Of a DNA stretch of 64,000 nucleotides, positions 1 to 12,865 are shown piece by piece. The position numbers and the translations under genes are program-made. This DNA comes from Glycera tridactyla (taxonomy: Eukaryota): contig OZ286464.1 in the NCBI GenBank assembly GCA_965644265.1, forward strand, positions 18,476,001 to 18,540,000, written 5' to 3'. Within the stretch, counting starts at the first letter, position 1. Every line of letters begins with the position of its first letter. The notes under the pieces were generated by a model. It had not been told where the DNA came from, ran no database searches, and was given only the letters and a program-made list of their open reading frames with translations.

Positions 1-325
1 GACTTCCATGCTAGAAGTGTAAAGGAGGAGGAATATGTGATATATGTGTCAGATATGGTCATTGGGAATAGTCCTGGCCTACCAAGAAAGATCCTGAAGG
101 TATACATACACATACATGATCGATCATTTAACCCCCATCCACTGAATACAAGATCACATAGGACAATCTCTAAAAAGTTTATATCTCTTCACACACTCGG
201 TTTCAGTATTATTCAGATTTGTCGCAAACCAGAAGTCTATCTAACTGAGGTTTTTATCTAGTGTATTCTCAAGACATACATCCTACTTGACAATCAGTTT
301 TCTTGACAGGCCTGATATGAGAACT

Positions 326-1666
326 TGATTCAGCATGCAAGACAGATGGTAGCAGTGTTGATAGATGTGTTCAGGTGCCCTTGATCAAGCATGCATGACA
401 GATGGTAGCAGTGTTGGCAGATGTGTTCAGGTGCCCTTGATCAAGCATGCATGACAGATGGTAGCAGTGTTGGCAGATGTGTTCAGGTGCCCTTGATCAG
501 GAATGCAAGACAGATGGTAGCAGTGTTGGCAGGTGTGTTCAGATGCCCTTGATCAAGCATGCAAGACAGATGGTAGCAGTGTTGACAGATGTGTTCAGGT
601 GCCCTTGATCAAGCATGCAAGACATATGGTAGCAGTGTTGGCAGATGTGTTCAGATGCCCTTGATCAAGCATGCGAGACAGATGGTAGCAGTGTTGACAG
701 ATGTGTTCAGGTGCCCTTGATCAAGCATGCAAGACAGATGGTAGCAGTGTTGGCAGATGTACTCAGGTGCCCCTGATCAAGCATGCAAGACAGATGGTAG
801 CAGTGTTGATAGATGTGTTCAGGTGCCCTTGATCAAGCATGCATGACAGATGGTAGCAGTGTTGGCAGATGTGTTCAGGTGCCCTTGATCAAGCATGCAT
901 GACAGATGGTAGCAGTGTTGGCAGATGTGTTCAGGTGCCCTTGATCAGGAATGCAAGACAGATGGTAGCAGTGTTGGCAGGTGTGTTCAGATGCCCTTGA
1001 TCAAGCATGCAAGACAGATGGTAGCAGTGTTGACAGATGTGTTCAGGTGCCCTTGATCAAGCATGCAAGACATATGGTAGCAGTGTTGGCAGATGTGTTC
1101 AGATGCCCTTGATCAAGCATGCAAGACAGATGGTAGCAGTGTTGACAGATGTGTTCAGGTGCCCTTGATCAAGCATGCAAGACAGATGGTAGCAGTGTTG
1201 GCAGATGTGCTCAGGTGCCCCTGATCAAGCATGCAAGACAGATGGTAGCAGTGTTGGCAGATGTGTTCAGATGCCCTCGATCAAGCATGCAAAACAGATG
1301 GTAGCAGTGTTGACAGATGTGTTCAGGTACCCTTGATCAAGCATGCAAGACAGATGGTAGCAGTGTTGGCAGATGTGTTCAGGTGCCCTTGATCAAGCAT
1401 GCAAGACAGATGGTAGCAGTGTTGACAGATGTGTTCAGATGCCTTTGATCAAGCATGCAAGACAGATGGTGGCAGTGTTGAAAGATGTGTTCAGGTGCCC
1501 TTTGTCGAGCATGCAAGACAGATGGTAGCGGTGTTGACAAATGTGTTCAGGTGCACTTGATCGAGCATGCAAGACAAATGGTAGCAGTGTTGGCAGGTGT
1601 GTTCAGGTGCCCTTGATCAATCATGCAAGTCAGATGGTAGCAGTGTTGACAGATGTGTTCAGGTGT
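326..1666. repeat. 56-bp minisatellite, ~24 copies, with 8-unit (448 bp) higher-order repeat
   Basis: Unit TTGATCAAGCATGCAAGACAGATGGTAGCAGTGTTGGCAGATGTGTTCAGGTGCCC recurs at 381, 437, 493 etc.; diagnostic variants recur at a 448-bp offset. Confidence 0.97.
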
Positions 1667-2097
1667 CAAGTGGAGATCAGGTGCAAGATACATAACACGC
1701 AACACATTGTCACAGAATAAGGAGATAGCAGCTGCTGGGCAAACTACCCGGAAGGAGGATGGACACTCGTCAGTGTCTTAGGTGGGCAGTGAAGCCTAAT
1801 TGGATGCGCTGGCCACACAAGGCCAAGTCCCACATAAGGTCCTGACCAGTAAGCAGTCGGCATTATGTGAACAACGCATCCAGATAGGGTTCACTACCTA
1901 CACTGCACCCTGACAGCTGTTTAACCACATGATGCAAGAGGCGGCCTCGCCGTCATATTTAACAATCACTATGATTACTGAAATATAGCGCCATCAGCAA
2001 AGGCAATCTTATTGATTGCCGATTTTGAACGAGCATACCTTCCTACTAGAAGTGTGTGAATTCATATTGCCTGTGCGGTGTTTCTCCACTGGGTCAA

Positions 2098-2345
2098 GAT
2101 AAAGAGGAAGAAGCAAAGGACAGAGTAGAATGTAAGAGAGGAGACGAAAAGAAGAAAGGGGCGAAAACAATTGGATACAGAGAAGGGAAGGAGAAAAAGA
2201 AGAAAAGAAGAAGAAGAAGAAGAAGGAGAAGAAGACTGGAAGAAATGTCAGAATACATGAAGCGGAATGATGAATGAAACAGGAGAAAAAGAAGAGAAAA
2301 ACCGTCTGAGAATCAGAAAAGGAGAAGAGAAACAAAAACAAAAGA
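2098..2345. repeat. Purine-rich low-complexity / (GAA)n tract
   Basis: Almost pure A/G with an (AGA)n core near 2200-2235; explains the overlapping low-complexity ORFs. Confidence 0.9.
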
Positions 2346-4749
2346 TATGTGAGGATCGGCCCTAAATTGCGGACTCAGAAACGAGAATATAGAAGTAATT
2401 TATCAATTCTAGGGGAAGCACTATAGGTCATCAACTCGAATGTAGTCAGCATGTATTTAGAACGTATTTTAGGATGCCAATACTCGATCACTTGGATGAG
2501 ACGTACTATATTATGGTGGATAATGATTCAAAATAGGGTTGAATGATTTGGCAGCAAAATTGGACAATTAGTGCCATACAAATGCACGCAATACAGAAAT
2601 GATAAACGCTAAAGCTTAGATGTGAGAACCTTCAGGACCTAGTTGTTTTCAAGTGTATTCGAAATAGACATCCCTCATAAATAATCGGAACAAACTTATC
2701 ACGTGAATATGTTCATTGCATTCATTGTTGACTTTGTGGCATGAGTGAGCAGCAGCTGTTATCCAACAGTATATGATAAGTGATCTGTATGGCGCCAATC
2801 ACAGAGGGTGGTGCGTGGGATATTATGCTGATGCTCCGTGGGACGGTGACGTGTGCCGGGAAAAAAACTCTGTGTAATAGTAATCGTCGGTCGAACGTCG
2901 CCCGGTGATGGCGAACGTGATCAGCGAGGAGAAGACGTGCTTTCATGCCGAAAACTGCCTCACGACATCTTCTTTACGACATCTGCACAACGGCATCTAC
3001 TTCATTACGACGCGCCAATGTGAAATCCGACACACATTGAACAACCACCTGGAATCACGATGATCCCTGTTTATGGCATGTTCGCGTCTCTATATTTCAT
3101 GCCTACCACGGACCGGCAGACACAATCCATGCAAGGAGAATATGATATAGATCATGTATATCTATCCGTCTTTCTGTCTGTCTGTTAGTGTATGTGTCTG
3201 TCTGCATGTCTGTCTATCCAACGACTGCAACGTGGGTGAATCAACCATACTGACTATGCTCGATCAATCTTTGTTCACGTTGATCATATATCCACTGGAC
3301 AGAGAACAGCATGATCGTGTTCAAAATATGAATATTTCTGTCCGTTTCGTGGCTGGCAATGTTCAATGGAATTCGGGTGGAAATGTGGAGAGGATCGAGA
3401 CGAGGATACCCCTCGATGACATTATCCCACGTAGTGTACTAAATCAAAACTAAGATGAATATACCAATAACGTACGGTACACTATCGGAAAGAATTGGTC
3501 TAACACAAAGAACCGTGCGTGTACATTCTACAATGCACAAGGAAGGGAAAGTCTCATCTCATTCTCGGTGTTTCAGAAGCGTCCGAGAGTGCATTAATCC
3601 CAAACTGAGACAAAGACACCAATCTTGCACGTTTGATTATCAAGAGAAATTTTTTGTCATTTGGAGTGGTACAATGCAGGGAAGTACTCACCGACACTGT
3701 TATCAAGAATCGGGTATCTTATAACAGCGACAAGTAACACCACATGCCACAACATGATTCACGTGTATTCTTCATTGAATCTGTTATCACTATTTTCTAT
3801 TTCTCATGACTTCATGGTAGACTTCAACTCCATTCATGCATATCAGATGAATTCCGGACATCAATGAAAGTGCTCGGTGTCGGGTATCAAGTGTTCGATT
3901 CCTATTACTTGGAAACAACCATTTCAACAATCTCTCGCCGAGTTCTGGCACCCATGGATGTGCTTGTTATCTAGCATAAAGTGTTCGATTGCCAACATTT
4001 GAAAACAACCCTTTCGACAAGTGCTCCAAGTTGTTTCCTGGAGATCGTAATTCGCCTGTTACATCGACAATCACATTGCGATTCTTTTGAAATCAAGCGC
4101 CAAACCGTTAAAAAAACAACACTCGCATATCTTGGGATATGGGATTAGTGTGCATTGACCGAGTGGAATGGAAAGCATCGACTGTAGAAAGTTACGGACA
4201 GAGCCCCTAATAACTAGTGCCTGGATCAGATAATGTTTGTAGGATGAAATATGAAAAAGGATGGGGAAGTACCTTCGATCGTTCTACTTCAGCTTCAATA
4301 CTGCTGGCTGAAGGAATTATAAACTCTGACTGGCTGTATTAGGTCACGTTGACATAGAATTGGGTCACCGCTTTATTGTCCCCCATTGTATATATGCCCT
4401 GCATACATCAGTCTGGTGGGCATCAGTGTTCCTATATCAACTTGATGCGGTAATCATCCCTTATGGCCATCAGGATACAAAGTGTGTTGCATCATGGAGA
4501 TATAGACGGTGGGAATAAAGACTAATGGAGATTACGCCAGATGGGTCCATTGTGCCTTTATGCTCCAATAATTGCGAAGATTGAGATAATTCACCCCACA
4601 ACAGAGAATTAGATTTACAGGGAAACGGGTCCCGACGTCCAAGGCTAGGACACTGCTGCCCTTTTCATCTGATTGAGTATGGTCCTTGAGCATCATTGAT
4701 CATCAAATCTCGGATTATTGCGTTAAACCTCGGATCAAAACCACATTTT

Positions 4750-5559
4750 CGGTAACTTTGCCTGGGGAATCTGATATTGATATTTATGGGGCCTTCGACA
4801 TCCGGATCATGCCATAAAGGTGACTATTTCCTATATCTAATCCGCATTGATATTGTACACAAATATCTGTGTACGTGCTTGGGTCATGTGATCGATATCG
4901 GCGAGGGTAGGTCGTCAGATGAAGTTGAATGAACAGCATTTTCGTGACCTCAGCATTTCTTCGATCAAACTCGAACACGAACTAGCAGGTGTGCAGGACC
5001 CCACTAAACGACGAGTGGTAATTGCATATCATATGATCCTTCTGTCAGTCGTCATCTTTGATATCATCCGGTGAGCAAACGATTCTATATCAACATGGAG
5101 CAATTGTGAATGAGGAAGCCATATCACTCACATCCTGATGGAGCATAAACGGTACAAGACAACAACTTGTAGATCTTACCTGCTGACTCAATCAACGCAG
5201 TCATTCACACATTGTAACCCGCGAGCGTCCACACCTTGATAGCAGCCTCCTCCTGTATATGGGCCTTGTCTTGTCTCATATATGGGTAATTCCACGAACG
5301 AAGGAATTGGTACGGGATATATGCAGATCGAAAGGCATAATAACATATTGAAATCTCGTGATGGTAGTTTCCCAGCACATGCATAGTTAGAGATGTTAAT
5401 TATTCGGCAGAATAGAACTTTGATTGGCACACATGGGAGTTCATTGATCACAGCCTTCAGATCCATTTGATCAGGTCAGATAGATACCAGGTAAAGTGTA
5501 GCACTGGGTCGGATGAACAAGCCGGCAGACTGTCGGTAACTTTGTCTGGGAAATCTGAA

Positions 5560-5609
<50 letters not shown>

Positions 5610-5790
5610 GGGGCCTCTAACATTCGGATTATGCGACCATTCGTATGCCTAATCCGCATTGTCATTGTGCGCATAGTTCCGATCACCTGCTCGGGTCATG
5701 TGATCGATGTAAACAAAAGTAGGGTCAGATGAAGTTCTTGCGATCTCGGCATTTCGTCATTCAAATCTGGACATGCACTAGCAAACCCCG
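4750..5790. repeat. Diverged local duplication (~4750-5000 and ~5535-5790)
   Basis: Shared blocks in the same order: GGTAACTTTG(C/T)CTGGG, ATGGGGCC/ATGGGGCCT, CTAATCCGCATTG, GGGTCATGTGATCGAT, GTCAGATGAAGTT, ACTAGCA. Confidence 0.8.
5563..5606. repeat. (TA)n microsatellite
   Basis: Perfect TA run inside the second copy of the local duplication. Confidence 0.98.
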
Positions 5791-6491
5791 CAATGGAGAG
5801 CATTACGAACGAAGATGGGGCGATCAAAACAAAAGTCCGCCACCTTTACTATTTCTTGGATGAGTGGTTATTGAAGATGGAATGTGTGCTAGCATGGCAT
5901 GGGTTATATGGGATAGATGTGGTAATTACTGTGTCAGCTATCTAGGCATCGCAGCCTAGCCCAGTGTCGGAACATATAGCATTACTGTATGTTTGTTTTC
6001 AACAGTGTGTCGTAATATTGTGTCCCACGATATAATTCATGTGTATGGATACTTGTAGGTGATCTCACAATATTTTTCGGCGATACGTCTATGACTGAGA
6101 GATAGGAGAAGACTTGGTTTATTGACACATTTTCTTTATGGATCTCTTGAAGTCATCTGAAGCTTCTGAAGTTGGGGTGATTGACGCTAGAAGCTGGTGT
6201 CGTGATATGCCACAGTCATGTGTGAGGTGCTGAGTCACGCATTACCAGCACTTACATTAGCCAATTTAGGAGTGTTAACTATGACAAACTCAATATTCTC
6301 CCGTGATTTTCACGTGGGCGCGAAATGAAACTAGTCTTGAAAGACATCAGACGGATTAAAATACCTCAGGGAAAGTCACAACATGCTTCGATAGATCACG
6401 ATCTGATATTGCCGACTACTTTTAGAGAGGCCATGTTTTTGAAGATGCCAGATCTTTCATTTCGATCAGTCTCAGAATTACCTGCTAATCA

Positions 6492-6560
6492 CTCTCTCTC
6501 TTTCTCTCCCCCCCCTCTCTCTCTCTCCCTCCCTCTCTCTCTCTCTCTCTCGCTCTCTTC
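6492..6560. repeat. (CT)n microsatellite
   Basis: Direct reading. Confidence 0.9.
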
Positions 6561-7311
6561 ATGAAACACCTCTCGGTTATGGTATACTTGGTAGATGTGC
6601 AGGAAATTGTCTTGAGACGCACAGCCGTACAGTTGAACTGCACTGTATGAGGATGGATGTACTAGCTCCGACCGTATTTAGAGCGAATTCATGATGAGCA
6701 TGGTAGCAATGATGATGTCCAACAATTTCGAAGTTTGACAGCCCTTCCCCTCTCCGAACAAAAATGAAAGGGATGTTCCTTCAACTTTCTATGATCGCAA
6801 TCCGCCCCTTTAATTCAGGTTCCTAATATCCTCATCAGAATGTAACACGCACAGGCTATCAGAAGCGACAACCTGCATGAGTAGATGGAGAAAACGAGAA
6901 ACTTTTCATAATTTCTGATGAATGATAGATACGAACGTCTGTCCATGAATATTCAAGGCCGGGGCAGCTTAACTGAGGGATGCTAGTTGTGACGATCATA
7001 TATTTTTCACAATCTGGACAAATGTGATAAGCCTCTCACCTTGAGGGATCTGGATCATCAATGAACCATTCTTACCTGAAAAAAGAACGAAAGCACGATT
7101 ATATCAGTGGAAATACCCAAATGATCCACCGCACGAGAGTCTTGCCACTCAAATGAAATGACTTCTTTCTCCTGAATGTCCTGGGATACAGAAATACTTC
7201 TCAATATGAAGCTCATCCAGATGAAGTCGACCACATGTAGATGCTATCAATTGATGCAATCTTTTTTTGGTTCCTCCATCAATCTCCACCCGATCATTCA
7301 ACCATTTGTCT

Positions 7312-7463
7312 NNNNNNNNNNNNNNNNNNNNNNNNNNNNNNNNNNNNNNNNNNNNNNNNNNNNNNNNNNNNNNNNNNNNNNNNNNNNNNNNNNNNNNNNN
7401 NNNNNNNNNNNNNNNNNNNNNNNNNNNNNNNNNNNNNNNNNNNNNNNNNNNNNNNNNNNNNNN
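7312..7463. other. Assembly gap
   Basis: N run. Confidence 1.
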
Positions 7464-8326
7464 GGGGAGAAGGGATAGAGAGAGAGTCAGAAAAAACCCA
7501 CATTATCTACGACATGGCATAATTCCTCATACTGAACCAGGATCTTGTAGCACACGAATTATACATAAAAGACTGATTCGGTTCGGAAGAACTTAGTTTT
7601 AGTGGTTGTGGGAGATACCGTAGGAACTGGTGGTAAGCCCTAGTAAAGCCAAAAACCAGAGGAGTGACAGCAACCAGACCATACCAAGACTCTACACCCC
7701 ACATAGACAAGGGTGTCACACCCAGCTACGTCGCCCACTGACCAGTCCTATTCATCATGATGCAGCTGGTAGAGGGTCGCAGCTATGGACATGACAGTGC
7801 CACAGCCTCAAATCACAGCTCTGACTCTACAACTCCCACTTTATTAGCAAAGATCATTCTGTATCACGGAGATCATACCATGTCCCCAACACAACTTTCC
7901 ATCTTCCTCAAAACTGAAAGTTCCATTATCATTTTCCGCATAATAAACTGTTCACTTTTTAATCGACTGAGGATATGTACAAATATGCAGTATGATATCC
8001 TTGATCTGATCTGTGTAATAATGCAGCATATGATCATTCAGTCAACATGAAAGCCTCCCAGCACATTTCTCCTGTAAAAAGTGAATAGAGTCTGCGGCGT
8101 GATCGCAAGCGGAGCTGTCTTTGAAGTTATGCGATGTATAGGGAGTGGCCCATCAATGATAATACCGTGTAAACACTGAAAGAGAAAAACCTTCGTGATG
8201 ATAAATTGTTACCCACAATTATTTCTGCATCACATCAGAGAAAAAGCGGACTCTTTTGAATCATGAATATATGTGTCTGGTCCTTCTTAAAATATACAGA
8301 CGGGTTTGAATACATTTTTCATCAGG

Positions 8327-8407
8327 ACCTCTCAATAACGGCCCCCTCTCTATAACGACCACTTAGCGTGCGACCGAGGGTGGTCGTTATAGAAAGGTTC
8401 GACTGTA
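8327..8407. mobile_element. Right half of a Tc1/mariner-type MITE, same family as 58001-58165
   Basis: Ends GTGGTCGTTATAGAAAGGTTCGACTG+TA, matching the right end of the complete copy (GCGGTCTTTATAGAGAGGTTCGACTG+TA); the left TIR is not recognisable. Confidence 0.7.
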
Positions 8408-9249
8408 CATGACCTACAGGTTCGATGTGATGTTACAAGTGTGCGAAAGGCGAATGGTTAAAAAAAACTGGGCCTTGTCTATTCACCAAAATACTTCAGT
8501 GTTCTTTCTTGCCACCACCCATCATCGTGCAGACCGGCTGGGTTTCAGACGGATGGATTCTCTCACATGTGAACTATGGGCCTCTCAATACTTCACCGCA
8601 CAATCCGCACTCAAACTTGAGCAAAGTCCACATAAATACCATGGTATAGCGAGCATTCTGCCCTGAAGCCGAGAGGACAATCTATCATGGCGGAAGAAAG
8701 ACATGCTTCCAGAGAAATATAAGCTGGATCGGTATATATCTCTCACAACGATGAAAAGTGATTGCCACTTCATGTCCAACACCTGGTACTCGGGAAAGGA
8801 TGTATATGAGAGGGTTACAGTCTGTTATCCATAACAAAGTCACTTCACAATTACATGTTGTAGCAGGTCTGTTCGGGCTCCAGCCTCTCACATCTCCCCG
8901 GGGAATATAATACACCAGCACAAACACAGAACTAACTGGATGAGCTAAACAATCTATCTTCAGGGTCACTGGCCTCACACAAGCACACATTCTCACCTGG
9001 TTGAAGCTGAATGATTTAGTGCGGAAGTTCTGGTCAGCTACTGTGACTCGGACATGCCCGATCAATGAGAAGCACAGATGGTGTGATAGTTTCGTCCGGT
9101 TTTGAACTGTAAACCTTGTCTGATTTGTTGGCAGAGCAGGAATACGCTTCACAAATGTGAACAATGCTGTTCAGCTGTATACAAGAAGAATTGCATCTAA
9201 CTGCTTCATAGGATATACCGGATCTTCAATGAGGAACCGGATATCTTGA

Positions 9250-10008
9250 GAAGGGGCTCACCTGCAGGTACATGATATCTCGAGAAGTGTTGGTGGAGAT
9301 CACTCTGCTGCATCCAGGTGCGGATATCTTGTAGAGGGCTGACGCTAGGTTACTCTGCTGCATCAATGCACCCGAGATCTCGGGGAGGGTCAGCACTAGG
9401 TTACTCTGCTGCATCGATGTACCCGAGATCTCGGGGAGGGTCAGCACTAGGTTACTCTGCTGCATCGATGTACCCGAGATCTCGGGGAGGGCCAGCACTA
9501 GGTTACTCTGCTGCATCGATGTACCCGAGATCTTGAGGAGGGCCAGTACTAGGTTACTCTGCTGCATCGATGTACCCGAGATCTCGGGGAGGGCCAGCAC
9601 TAACTTGCTCTGCTGCATCGATGTACATGAGATCTCGGGGAGGGCCAGCACCAGGTTGCTCTGCTGCATTTATGTACATGAGATCTTGAGCAGAGCCAGT
9701 GCAGGGTTACACTGCTGTATTCATGTACATCATTTTTTGAGGAGGGCCAGTGCTTGGTTACTCTGCTACATTCATGTACATCATCTCTTGAGGAGGGCCA
9801 GCGCTGGGTTACTCTGCTCCATTCATGTACATCATTTCTTGAGGAGGGCCAGCGCTCGGTTACTCTGCTCCATTCATGTACATCATTTCTTGAGAAGGGC
9901 CAGCGCTAGGTTACTCTGCTGCATCCATGTACATCATTTCTTGAGGACGGCCAGCACTGGGTTACCCTGCTGCATACATGTACATCATTTTTTGAGAAGG
10001 GCCAGCGC
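9250..10008. repeat. 51-bp minisatellite, ~15 copies, with a sequence gradient along the array
   Basis: TTACTCTGCTGCATC recurs at 9401, 9452 etc.; 5' units carry CCCGAGATCTCGGG, 3' units carry CATCATTTYTTGAG. Confidence 0.95.
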
Positions 10009-10231
10009 TTGATGTATTGATGTGTAGTAGTGCAAGATGTATGTTTTGCAGTTTTTCTCCTGCATAATGTTGTTCTGCATATAATCACTATCTACGTTAA
10101 TTAAGGATATCACTAGCTAATTGTCTGACATTCGATGACTATGTCTCTTTATGAGGAGCAGAGTAACTGTCCTTTATTGATCGACCATATATCTGGACGG
10201 AGGGTGGCGACTGTCCTGTATTGATCAGTTA

Positions 10232-10330
10232 TACAGTCAAACCTGTTCTAAATAGTCCCCCTTAGGGAAGGTAGGAAAAATGGCTGCTTGGGGCAGGTGG
10301 CTGCTTAGGGCAGGATAATTACGCCCTGTC
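10232..10330 (+). mobile_element. Left end of a Tc1/mariner (pogo/Tigger-like) MITE
   Basis: TA followed by CAGTCAAACCTG, a terminus like the CAGTCGAACCTC of the complete MITE; no matching right end found. Confidence 0.5.
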
Positions 10331-10384
10331 GGTGAATTCAAAAGTGTCTGTTTACATGTTGTTGGTGCTTGGGAGAAGTAAGAT

Positions 10385-10880
10385 TTTCTCGAAAGATAGC
10401 GAAAGACATCAATAAACTACAGCATGTCATGAACTGTGCAGCTCGATTAGCAGCATCCTGCAGTCTCCACCAACACATCACTCCTTTCTTGAAGAAGCTC
10501 CACTGGCTCCCCATTGAACATCAGATCACTTTTAAAATCCTGTCCATGACCTACAAGGCTCTCCATGGCATAGCTCCTAACTACCTGTCACAACTGCTTC
10601 TTCCTTATACCCTGTCACGCTCTGTCCACTCCTCTGACAAACACCTTTTATGCATCCCCAAAACACGCTGTCAAAAACTAGGGAATCATGCTTTTGCCCA
10701 TGCTGCCCCATCCTTGTACAACTCACCGCCATCGGACATCAAACTTTCACCTACCTTTAACACCTTCAAGATCAGACTCAACTTGATTTTTTTTGTCTTG
10801 CTTTTCAAATACGCATCCATGTAAAGCGCCCTTGAGCTCTATGGAATTGTCTCTTATTATTATCATTATTATTATTATAG
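10385..10880 (+). mobile_element. 3' fragment of an L2/CR1-group LINE (ORF2 C-terminus plus tail)
   Basis: ORF 10369-10824 reads LQHVMNCAARL...HITPFLKKLHWLPIEHQITFKIL...YKALHGIAPNYL...AFAHAAPSLYNS...TFK, the typical L2-clade C-terminal pattern, followed by a (TTA)n tail. Confidence 0.9.
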
Positions 10881-12804
10881 GTATCTGAAGGTGCATGGAA
10901 GAAAATGCCTGCCGAGAGTCACTATCTCAAGACTCATATCGGCAGAAATAGGCAAATACAGCAAGATACATCTGCATGAACTCAGGTATTTGCAATGAGA
11001 GAATAATATCAACGAACAGCTCCAGACGATCTCGTCAATCTAGAAGATACAAGGTTCAGATTAGTTCACGTGTTCGTTACTGATTTCCTAGATAAATGAG
11101 CCCAACATGGGCGGCCAACTGATAAAATGAATACGAGGGGCTGGACTGTTAACAGCCCACTGGGGATGGATTTTACTTCACCAAATGTCCCTCACTGGGC
11201 AGCAGTCGAAGCTATAAAATCCATCAACAGATGTGCCCACTCAGGGTTTACATGTGTCTCCCGGCTTCGGCAACCACCTCGGGTTATCTACCCTGGATCT
11301 CAATCTCTACCTGGCTCCTTCTCCCATTCAGCTTTCGCCATACCCAGTTATCCATCATCAAACCTCCCATCAATGGAGGAAGCATATCATTCTCTCAGAT
11401 AACCCCCCCCCCCCCACGTGCCAAAAATTACTTAGCATGAGCGGGAGTGCCAGATAAGTTTTTATATCTAGTTGTCACTGACACCAGTTTGGCTCTCCCT
11501 CAAATCAGCATGGAGAATATGAAGAGATAATTTTGACCGAAAAAACCTTCCATCCATATGTCAATTGAACCAATTCAGCAATGCCATTCACCCTAATGTC
11601 CAAGATGGAGGATGGCCACCACTGAGATGAGCAATCAATCTACAATGGTCCCTCATATTATTCGAAACCAATCACCAGTATGTCACCAATTAAATGGCTG
11701 ATCACCAAGGACATAGGGACGATCAAACCGGGAAGCCCAAATTTCTATCGTCGGTAATTTCTAACTGGCGGTTTTTTGTCCAGAAACCAAGGAAAAGGTG
11801 TCAAAACAACCTACCAAGGAACTACCAACAGTCAATACAATAAAAAGGCAATGACTCTCAGGATACTCTCAGGATGGTTTAGAGTTGATGTGAAAGCCAC
11901 ATCCCATCTCCCTATAGAGGTACAAAAAAAGGAGTAGCATAAGTTTATTCAGTCGGGTCAGCCAATTCGTCATAAATCATAAATAGGGAATACGAAAGCT
12001 AAATCAGGATTGTTGTAATGTGTTCGATTTTAGCAGCTTCTTTTGTGGAATCAAGATGTGGCACCTACTAAACAGGATCACCATCATCATCATGACCTGG
12101 GTGATTTCATGTGTGTGAGAAGGAGCACCATCAACAACCTCATCGAGGAGCTAGTTCAAGGCCAGTCCGGCTCTTGCGTGACTTGATTGAAGAGGAGAGG
12201 TCGATGCTCGATAATGTGGGATGATGGCCATCCAAATCAGATCGAGTTACATTAGAAGTTAGTTGAGATGTTGAGGCCGACTGCTAATCATGACCTACAT
12301 CTGACCACCTCATCCCAGATGTCCGATGCAATTTGACACGGACACTGTCTACGAGTCCTTGATTGACTGTATGATGTAACTTTGGAGGGGCCATGAATCA
12401 TGCCAAGCATGCGCATCCCATGGGCGTCCTAACATCAGCCGGACGAGAGACATCCAACCTACTGACCATCTTGATATATAGCAACATCAGGACATCACTT
12501 CTATCAAAAGTTGCTGCATTTCATAGGATCATTACACGTTTTCCTGGAGCATTCGTGTGAATATGACCCATCCGGACAAGGAAAATACCTCATCCATCGC
12601 AATCATCTGCTTGACCCTGTTTGTGAATAAGACTGGCAGATATTGCTGATGAGGGAGAGGACACTTTCGGATCCCTGACAGTGCTTCTGGCCTACTTGTT
12701 GATGTATTGAATATATAGTATATTTAGATAGTATGCACCTTAGAAGTCCCCAGACTTTAAGGTCAGGACCGATGTTTCTGGAGTCTTTTGTTAGCGTCGC
12801 AAGG

Positions 12805-12865
12805 GTTAGAGATAGGAGTTTTCAGGGTTAGAGTATGGTCCAGTCAGGGTTGGAGTTAAATTTAG
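12805..12865 (-). repeat. Degenerate TTAGGG-like motif cluster
   Basis: AGGGTTAG, AGGGTTAG, AGGGTTGG in close succession; opposite-strand counterpart of 47851-47915. Confidence 0.4.

Noticed and set aside
2009-2341. Phe/Ser-rich and Lys/Arg/Glu-rich ORFs here and at 27846-28575, 52610-53138 and 60727-61182
   Set aside because: They are translations of simple or purine-skewed repeats.
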